Positions 56,753 through 64,000 of a DNA stretch of 64,000 nt are shown piece after piece. Source of the DNA: an uncultured Methanosarcinales archaeon (GTDB lineage Archaea; Halobacteriota; Methanosarcinia; Methanotrichales; Methanotrichaceae); contig CAWJKV010000009.1 of the NCBI GenBank assembly GCA_963843555.1, positions 22,750 to 86,749 of the forward strand, given 5' to 3'. The notes below the pieces were generated by a model. That model saw only the letters and a program-made list of their open reading frames with translations, searched no databases and was not told where the DNA came from. A program made the position numbers and the translations under genes. Each line of letters begins with the position of its first letter. Position 1 is the stretch's first letter.

Positions 56753-57274
56753 TCAGGACATGCCCAAGCGTTCCTTAATCGCTCGAATATCGGCTTGCAC
56801 CAGCCTGAATTGCGTTGCATACCCTGGCTGAATGTCCTCTCTCATGCCTTTGATTTCTTCATGAATCTGAGGTATTATGTCGGTGTTCTTCCTCACAGCT
56901 TTCATATCGCCCTTCATCTCTTTTAGATCATCCCTCATATCCAATAGCAGCGGGATAGCCTTGTTTAGCTGGAAGGCGGTGCAGACTTGAGCATATTCTC
57001 CTGTTTTCATAACTTCACTGTCGGTTTCCTCAAAGGCAATATTCGATACCAAGGAGCGCTCCGGCTTTTGCCTTTCTATCAGCTTTTTAAAGTCTGCAAT
57101 TGCTTCTTCATTGCCTTCGACCAGGGCAACTACTTCCTGCTCATTTCCACTCATCGTATTGCGGGCTTGGAAACCGCGAAGAGCAAAATCTATGGCACTA
57201 CTCATGAGAAAATATCTATAGCCCACGTTATGCACGTTTTGACCTGTAATCTTGATCTTTAGCTTCATGCTCAT
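56753..57274 (-). CDS. Acylphosphatase-domain protein with C-terminal coiled coil, copy 1
   Basis: ITGQNVHNVGYR, GFQARN, VVALVEG; heptad-like tail DMRDDLKEMKGDMKAV. Confidence 0.75.
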   Translation of the reverse strand: MSMKLKIKITGQNVHNVGYRYFLMSSAIDFALRGFQARNTMSGNEQEVVALVEGNEEAIADFKKLIERQKPERSLVSNIAFEETDSEVMKTGEYAQVCTAFQLNKAIPLLLDMRDDLKEMKGDMKAVRKNTDIIPQIHEEIKGMREDIQPGYATQFRLVQADIRAIKERLGMS

Positions 57275-57730
57275 CAGGATATGTGTTCTTTGAACTATTT
57301 GGTTGTTTCCCCAATCTCGCCCGTATCCTTCAATCAGAAACTTTTATATGAGTCTTAAGTCTCATAATTAGCAAATAAGTTAAAGGTGTGAGAATCCTTG
57401 ACAGAAATCAATCCTGATGTAGCTATCGAGCGCCCGGGAGAATGATATCTCCGGGAAAATCGGCGCGGCCATTGAGTCCACAGAGGCACAGAGTTCACAG
57501 AGACGCTCAGCATTCCTTTCCATCCAACCTAAGAAAGCCCAACCAATTGCTTCCGGGATAAATGGTCGTTCTCCGTTCGTTCGTCCTTTGTGCGCTTTGT
57601 GAGCTTTGTGGTTAAATTCCGTAACCCTTGGTTCAAATTATCCTGCTACTAATATCAACCACAAAGAGCACAAAGCTCACAAAGAAAGCACCAAGGCAAG
57701 TTGGTCTAATCTTCAGTATAATAACTTTCT

Positions 57731-57912
57731 TCGTTCGTCCTCTGTGCGCTTGTGTCTCCTTCGTGAAGTCCGTAACCCAAGAGGTTTAGCTATCAGATTA
57801 TCCCGCTCCCAGCTTAACCGGGATTGCACTCCACTCATCTCCGGACCGCGGCCGTTGGCGGGCTTGGGCGGCATTGGAGGCCGGGAGAATGCACAAGAAT
57901 TTTGGGCGCTGG
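57731..57912. repeat. Spacer repeat copy 3
   Basis: Core at 57813, 1223 bp after copy 2. Confidence 0.9.
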
Positions 57913-57975
57913 GGCATATGCCGGAGCGAGAGTTGCTGATGCCGGAGAAGGGTGGCGAGATGCAGCTTTCTCATA

Positions 57976-58497
57976 TCAGGACATGCCCAAGCGTTCCTTA
58001 ATCGCTCGAATATCGGCTTGCACCAGCCTGAATTGCGTTGCATACCCTGGCTGAATGTCCTCTCTCATGCCTTTGATTTCTTCATGAATCTGAGGTATTA
58101 TGTCGGTGTTCTTCCTCACAGCTTTCATATCGCCCTTCATCTCTTTTAGATCATCCCTCATATCCAATAGCAGCGGGATAGCCTTGTTTAGCTGGAAGGC
58201 GGTGCAGACTTGAGCATATTCTCCTGTTTTCATAACTTCACTGTCAGTTTCCTCAAAGGCAATATTCGATACCAAGGAGTGCTCCGGCTTTTGCCTTTCT
58301 ATCAGCTTCTTAAAGTCTGCAATTGCTTCTTCATTGCCTTCGACCAGGGCAACTACTTCCTGCTCATTTCCACACATCGTATTGCGGGCTTGGAAACCGC
58401 GAAGAGCAAAATCTATGGCACTACTCATGAGAAAATATCTATAGCCCACGTTATGCACGTTTTGACCTGTAATCTTGATCTTTAGCTTCATGCTCAT
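57976..58497 (-). CDS. Acylphosphatase-domain protein with C-terminal coiled coil, copy 2
   Basis: Same 173 aa as copy 1 except MSG>MCG and PERS>PEHS. Confidence 0.75.
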   Translation of the reverse strand: MSMKLKIKITGQNVHNVGYRYFLMSSAIDFALRGFQARNTMCGNEQEVVALVEGNEEAIADFKKLIERQKPEHSLVSNIAFEETDSEVMKTGEYAQVCTAFQLNKAIPLLLDMRDDLKEMKGDMKAVRKNTDIIPQIHEEIKGMREDIQPGYATQFRLVQADIRAIKERLGMS

Positions 58498-58951
58498 CAG
58501 GATATGTGTTCTTTGAACTATTTGGTTGTTTCCCCAATCTCGCCCGTATCCTTCAATCAGAAACTTTTATATGAGTCTTAAGTCTCAAAATTAGCAAATA
58601 AGTTAAAGGTGTGAGAATCCTTGACAGAAATCAATCCTGATGTAGCTATCGAACGCCCGGGAGAATGATATCTCCAGGATCGGCGCGGCCATTGAGTCCA
58701 CAGAGGCACAGAGTTCACAGAGACGCTCCGCATTCCTTTCCATCCAACCTAAGAAAGCCCAACCAATTGCTTCCGGGGTAAATAGTCGTCTCCGTTCGTT
58801 CGTCCTTTGTGCGCTTTGTGAGCTTTGTGGTTAAATTCCGTAACCCTTGGTTCAAATTATCCCGCTACTAATATCAACCACAAAGAGCACAAAGCTCACA
58901 AAGAAATGCACCAATGCAAAGTTGGTCTAATCTTCAGTATAATAACTTTCT

Positions 58952-59230
58952 TCGTACGTCCTCAGCGCGCTCTGCGACTCTGTGGTGGAAGTTCGTAACC
59001 CAAGAGGTCTTGCCTATCAGATTGACAAGACCCAGCTTAACCGGGATTGCACTCCACTCACCTCCGGGACCGCGGCCGTTGGCGGGCTTGGCGGCAATGG
59101 AGGCCGGAAGACCGGCGGATGGATTTCGGGCGCTACAGGCTGTGAGGTTGCCATTATTGAAGATGGTAGCACATGGACCGGATCGAAAGAATAGCTGGCC
59201 CAACAGCTGGAAAGGGCGAACATCTCGATT
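58952..59230. repeat. Spacer repeat copy 4
   Basis: Core at 59036, long variant. Confidence 0.9.
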
Positions 59231-59387
59231 ACCTGACAAGTCCGCCTCAGACCCGCATCATTTGCCGGCACAGAAATCGGTGGAGGAGGAGCCCTGGTGC
59301 AACAAGAATGATCGGGGAACTGCAAAGCTGCGCACAATATTTTAATGAACCATCTCATATTTGCCAGTAAATCAAGAGGTCCCATCC

Positions 59388-59617
59388 ATGAAAAGAAAAT
59401 TCAGCGTTTTGGTTGAAAAGGACGAGGATGGCTACCTCGTAGCGACAGTTCCAACCCTTCCCGGATGCCATACGCAGGCAAAAAGAATGGACGACCTCCT
59501 GGCAAGAGTAAAAGAAGCGATCGAGGCGTATCTAGAAGAGAAAAAGAGGTAGATATTTCTGAATTCGTGGGTGTGCAGTTTGTCGAAGATGAAAGTCGGT
59601 TGAAGCTGATACGATAG
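59388..59617 (+). CDS. hicB: HicB-family antitoxin (apparent frameshift near 59545)
   Basis: FSVLVEKDEDGYLVATVPTLPGCHTQA...VKEAIEAYLE; EFVGVQFVE tail in the adjacent frame; GAGGT RBS. Confidence 0.8.
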
Positions 59618-59751
59618 TGAAGGCCTGACGAAGATCGGAGCATATGAAATACCTTAGAAGGTTTGACATATTCGACTGCAATATTGTCCAATGGCTCTTT
59701 TCAAAGCGTCAAGAGTATAATCTTTAAGCCCCAACACATAATAGGATCATT

Positions 59752-59937
59752 ATGAAAATTAAAGCAATATACGAGCATGAAGTCCTAAAGCCACTGGAAA
59801 AGCTGGATCTGAAAGATGGCGAAGAAGTCGAACTCATGCTAACGAAGAAGATCTCAGAGAGGACCTTCGGCTTGATCACGCTGGATCATGATACCATTGA
59901 AGAGATCATTGAGGATACAGAATATGGGTCCTGGTAA
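59752..59937 (+). CDS. AF2212/DUF104-like antitoxin
   Basis: IKAIYEHEVLKPLEKLDLKDGEEVEL pattern; overlaps the PIN gene. Confidence 0.8.
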   Translation: MKIKAIYEHEVLKPLEKLDLKDGEEVELMLTKKISERTFGLITLDHDTIEEIIEDTEYGSW

Positions 59938-60443
59938 TCTTCGGAATATCCCAGAAGATGAAAAGGTTTTTATTGATTCCAAATATCCTAACTTACAATT
60001 TATTGAATGATAGCGTCTTTGGATATGAATGCAATAATTTTATTAAGAAGATTGAAGGCGGAAGATATTACGGATTTGTATCTCCATTGGTTATTTCGGA
60101 GACACTTTTTAATGTGATAAAAGCATGGGCGTTCAAAGAACATGGAGTAAGGCCCAGAGATCTTCCCCGTGTGATAAAAGAGCATCGAGAGATTCTACAC
60201 GATATGCCAGTTGATCAAACATCAGAGCTTTTCGATCTATTTTTTGTGCTATCTATTGGTGAAGCAGAGGTTAAAGAATCATATAATTTTATTAATAAAT
60301 ATCATTTACTTACCAATGATGCACTAAATGCTGCAACGATGAAGGTTAATAGAATAGATCATATGGCAACGAATGACAGAGACTTTTTTGATATAGATTG
60401 GATAAAATGCTGGCGACCTGATTCCCACAACCGCCAGGGTTGA
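59924..60443 (+). CDS. vapC: PIN-domain (VapC) toxin (apparent frameshifts in the N-terminus)
   Basis: VFIDSN after frame correction, VISETL, LLTNDA, ATNDRDF. Confidence 0.8.
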
Positions 60444-60717
60444 TTTTTCAGCTACGATTATTAACCGCAGAGGCACAGAGTTCACAGAGACGCTCAGCAT
60501 TCCTTTCCATCCGACCTAAGAAAGCCCAGCCAATTGCTTCCGAGATAAATGGTCGTCTCCGTTCGTTCGTCCTTTGCGGGCTTTGTGAGCTTTGTGGTTA
60601 AATTCCGTAACCCTTGGTTTAAATTATCCCGCTACTAATATCAACCACAAAGAGCACAAAGCTCACAAAGAAATGCACCAATGCAAGTTGGCCCAATCTT
60701 CAGTATAATGACTTTCT

Positions 60718-61015
60718 TCGTTCGTCCTCCGCGCGCTCTGTGACTCTGCGGTTCTATTCCGTAACCCAAGAGGTTTAGCTATCAGATCATCTCGCTCCCA
60801 CCTTAACCGGGATTGCACTCCACTCATCTCCGGACCGCGGGCGTTGGCGGGCTTGGCGGCAGGAGGCCGGGAGACCGGCAGATGGATTTCGGGCGCTACA
60901 GGCTGTGAGGTTGCTGCTATTATTGAAGATGGTAGCACATAGACCGGATCGAAAAGAATAGCTGGCCCAACAACTGGAAAGGGCAAACATCTCGGTTACG
61001 GGACAGTCCGACAAA
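60718..61015. repeat. Spacer repeat copy 5
   Basis: Core at 60802, long variant closely matching copy 1. Confidence 0.9.
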
Positions 61016-61133
61016 GACGTGGCAGCATTTTCCGGCACTGCAGAACATGGTGAACTGGATTGTAAATTTTAAATTGTCGTGAGTTGTGGATGAAAAAGTC
61101 TATAAGTAAAAAGCGATTAAAGTTGCATAGTGG

Positions 61134-61430
61134 TTGACAGTGGGTGAGATAAAAGTGGATGTACCCGAGGGTCTGCCTTTAAACAATCTCCGGAAGAAGA
61201 TCCTTGAGCTCATCAAAGAGGAAGAGGACAAGTTGACGATGCTTGACAGGTCAAACAAGATGAAAGTGTTGAGCAAAAGAGAGCTTGACGAACTAATAGA
61301 AACAAAGGAACCGCTGCAAAAAGAGGAGCGAAAGAAGATCCTAGATAAGTATTATGGAATCATCAAGCTTGACAGAACTGTAAGCCTAGAGGAGATCCTG
61401 GATCTGGAGGAAGATACCTGGCGATACTGA
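61134..61430 (+). CDS. Putative VapB-type antitoxin, copy 2 (intact)
   Basis: 98-aa acidic-tailed ORF overlapping the PIN gene; BRE/TATA-like gaaaaagtctataag at ~61092. Confidence 0.7.
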   Translation: MTVGEIKVDVPEGLPLNNLRKKILELIKEEEDKLTMLDRSNKMKVLSKRELDELIETKEPLQKEERKKILDKYYGIIKLDRTVSLEEILDLEEDTWRY

Positions 61431-61852
61431 TAGACACTAATATCATCATATCTTTTCTATTCAAAACAGATAAATCAGAGAGGGCCAGAGAAATCCTTGA
61501 AATGTCGAACGGTCCGATCATAACCATAAGTATTTTGGAAGAAGCGGCATATGTTGGACTTTCACTCATCTATGGTTGCCACGGATTTAAGTTGAGGGAT
61601 CAACTGAAAAAGGAGCTTAAAGAGACAGCCAGGGTCTTTCTTGAGCGGCTAAAATCATTCTTGGTCGAATTCAGGATTAAGCTCTTATCAATGCCCGAGG
61701 ACCCCGATCTTCTTTTGGAAGCAGTTGAGGCTCACAGATTGCTTCCAAATGATGCAGTTATCGTTGCTGCCTGCCAATATTACGGGATAAAGAAAATAGC
61801 AACGTTTGATAGCGATTTCAATAGAGTTGCGTCTCTAGATGTGATTCGATAA
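61418..61852 (+). CDS. vapC: PIN-domain (VapC) toxin, copy 2 (CTG start)
   Basis: GGAGG-7nt-CTG, then AILIDTNII in frame with ORF 61502..61852; LLPNDA, ATFDSDF. Confidence 0.85.
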   Translation: MAILIDTNIIISFLFKTDKSERAREILEMSNGPIITISILEEAAYVGLSLIYGCHGFKLRDQLKKELKETARVFLERLKSFLVEFRIKLLSMPEDPDLLLEAVEAHRLLPNDAVIVAACQYYGIKKIATFDSDFNRVASLDVIR

Positions 61853-62014
61853 CTGCCCTAAGGTTACGATTTTAACCACAAAGACACCAAGACACGAAGA
61901 ACAGACTATTAAACCAAAATTCCGCTACAGACACAAGGGAGCTGAATGGACGTCTTTGTGCTTTCGTGGTTAGCCCCGTGATGACACATAGAAGATCCGA
62001 TTAACCTCAGTCCA

Positions 62015-62230
62015 TTCGTCCTCCGTGCGCTCTGTGTCTCTGTGGTTTTATTCCCGTAAACCGCCAGTATCAAATTATCCTCCCCCAGCTTAACCGGGAT
62101 TGCACTCCACTCACCTCCGGATCGCGGCCGTTGGCGGGCTTGGCGGCATTGGAGGCCGGAAGACCGGCGGATGGATTTCGGGCGCTGGGCCCTGCAGGAT
62201 TTGCCATTATTGAAGATGGTAGTACATGGA
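62015..62230. repeat. Spacer repeat copy 6
   Basis: Core at 62089. Confidence 0.85.
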
Positions 62231-62409
62231 ACGAAACCTTTTTAAATCTTTATAATGATCGTGATCTTGGAAGAGAGTCCAGAACTCTAATAAGAAAATT
62301 ATAGTTCTCTGAAGGCTATATCGGCCATCAATCTGAATTGAGGTTATGATAAGAGGGGATGGCTGGATAGCCGGGGCTTTAGACTCTTTCGCTAATATAG
62401 CTATTATTA

Positions 62410-63425
62410 TCAACCACCAGGACACCGAGTCCAAAACATTTGTGAGCCCGAGAGATCGTTTTCCAGAGCTCTGGTTAGTGATTCATAGAGCTCAGTGAGC
62501 GCCTTATGCAAAGGAATCGCTTCCTCGAACTTCTCGGCGAGATCTTTCGATTCCCGAAAGTAGGTGTGCCCAGCATCGCTGCAAGCGCTTTGTGAATCTG
62601 GCATACGGTTTCCACCCGTCACATACGATTATGCCCTTGAATCTCCGCGTCAAACTTCTATCAGGACTTTCGTGCCTCGACTCTTTCGAATCACAAAAAA
62701 GGTCTCAGATGGTGTAGTAAATGTCCAGATCCAATGCTTTTCTCCCTGGACATGGATTCCCGTTTCATCCACGTACAGGATCGGAGCATCTCGAATCTTG
62801 TTCAAGATTGCGTCGTATTCCGATTGAACCGCTTCAGCGGCGCGACGGGTTAAATCGAATATCGTAGCCGGACTTATTTTCAGTCCATGCATTCTGTCTC
62901 AGTGCACCTTGGATTTTTCTGTGAGGCAGCCTATCCTCATATTTTAGTAGCGTCGTCTGCGCAATTATGTTGTTTCCGAATTTGCCTTTATGTGGGCAAT
63001 TTGCATCGCTTCGCAACAACTTCTTTCCGGCAGCATGGACATCTGTAATGAGCTATTTTGTATTCAGTAACCATGACCGGCTGAGGTTCGGGAATTTCTT
63101 CGATGATCTTCGACTCAATTCGGAAAGGAGTGCCAAGCTCTGCTCCGCAATCGGGACATCGATCTGCTGTGACTTCTACTTGACTATCTGGAACTGCATT
63201 TGGTCTCGTTACGCCTTTATGCCCTATCTTTTGGCCGGGCTTTCCCTTGTTGTCCTTATCCTTTTTGCGATTGCGGCCACGTCTTAGACTTGGCGGAGTA
63301 TGTGCATTCTCATATTTGGCTAGTCGGGCTTCAAGCTCAATTATTTTTGCCTTAAGCAACTCGTTCTCACGCCTTAATTGCTCATTCTCTTCTTGAAGTT
63401 GCTTTATTGTTTCTTCTTCGTGCAT
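62410..63425 (-). mobile_element. IS66-family transposase, frameshifted and C-terminally truncated
   Basis: N-terminal coiled coil, KPGQKIGHKG, CPDCG...CPCC zinc finger, YVDETG, WIWTF, RKSRG, CDGW/QRCWAH region in shifted frames; homology appears lost near 62450. Confidence 0.85.
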
Positions 63426-63767
63426 ACTCCCAATTAATGAATATCATCATTATATTATTTAATTCTTTGGTCTAAATGAATTTTAGGGAAATTTTCGGAG
63501 ACTTAAGTGGGAGCCAATATATGCCTTGGAAGATCAAGGCTTCAATGGAATCGCACGCGAGCGTGGTCCTTAGTAGAATGCGAATTCGTCTTCCAGGGGA
63601 TGGTAGATATGTGGAGGAGGATACAGGAGAATGTGAGCGATGACAGGAGGGGTTAACGGATGCACACTAGAATGTGGTGCCCGTTCCATTTGGGTCTCGC
63701 ACAAATTTCGCATGGTAGAAAACGACGGCTCTGGAGCTTTAGGAACTCAAGAATGAAGAAATCTTTT

Positions 63768-64000
63768 ATGGAATGGACACGGGGAACAAATTTGTGGTCT
63801 GACTATTTAAAAACCAGAAATATAACTATATTAGCTATACTTAATTATTTTTTACTATTGCTCACTTTGTACATAATTATAATTACTCCTACAGCAAAAA
63901 GTTATGAATACTCAATTTATGCAGCATACCCAAAATACTTTCTGGTATCTCTTGATGTCATCCATTTTCTTCGGGAATGAAGCTGGTGCAACTGCGCGAG
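63768..64000 (+). CDS. Start of an AT-rich integral membrane protein, running off the window
   Basis: Hydrophobic ILAILNYFLLLLTLYIIII followed by YEYSIYAAYP; start and frame uncertain. Confidence 0.4.

Larger units (their letters stand above)
55031..62230. other. Array of small gene cassettes separated by six copies of a conserved non-coding repeat
   Basis: CTTAACCGGGATTGCACTCCACTCA core at 55288, 56590, 57813, 59036, 60802 and 62089, with TA or acylphosphatase-like genes between copies. Confidence 0.9.

Noticed and set aside
55056..61038. ORFs overlapping the spacer repeats (e.g. 55056..55523, 56406..56651, 58914..59345, 60787..61038)
   Set aside because: Frames and lengths differ between copies because of indels; no recognisable domain. 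Treated as non-coding.
55031..62230. CRISPR array
   Set aside because: Repeats are 200-300 bp with kilobase gene-containing spacers, and no cas genes are present.

Overview
Archaeal chromosomal segment, most consistent with a Methanothrix (Methanosaeta)-like methanogen (inferred from PAN, thermosome, aIF5B, L7Ae/S28e/L24e, archaeal MAT and gene style). Positions 1-9.7 kb and 29-48 kb are mostly housekeeping genes. Positions 9.8-28.5 kb encode one giant secreted surface protein (~6,200 aa) built on ~37 near-identical 369-bp DUF11-type repeats. A kdpABC operon follows at 48-54 kb, with a KdpD that stops after its GAF domain (no histidine kinase, no kdpE). At 55.0-62.2 kb is the most unusual region: an array of small toxin-antitoxin and acylphosphatase-like gene cassettes. 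Each cassette is separated by a conserved, structured non-coding repeat (six copies) carrying 9-bp-periodic inverted arms, and an IS66 remnant ends the array. Many genes, including essential ones, carry single-base insertions that look like consensus or polishing errors, so frameshifts are not treated as real pseudogenes.
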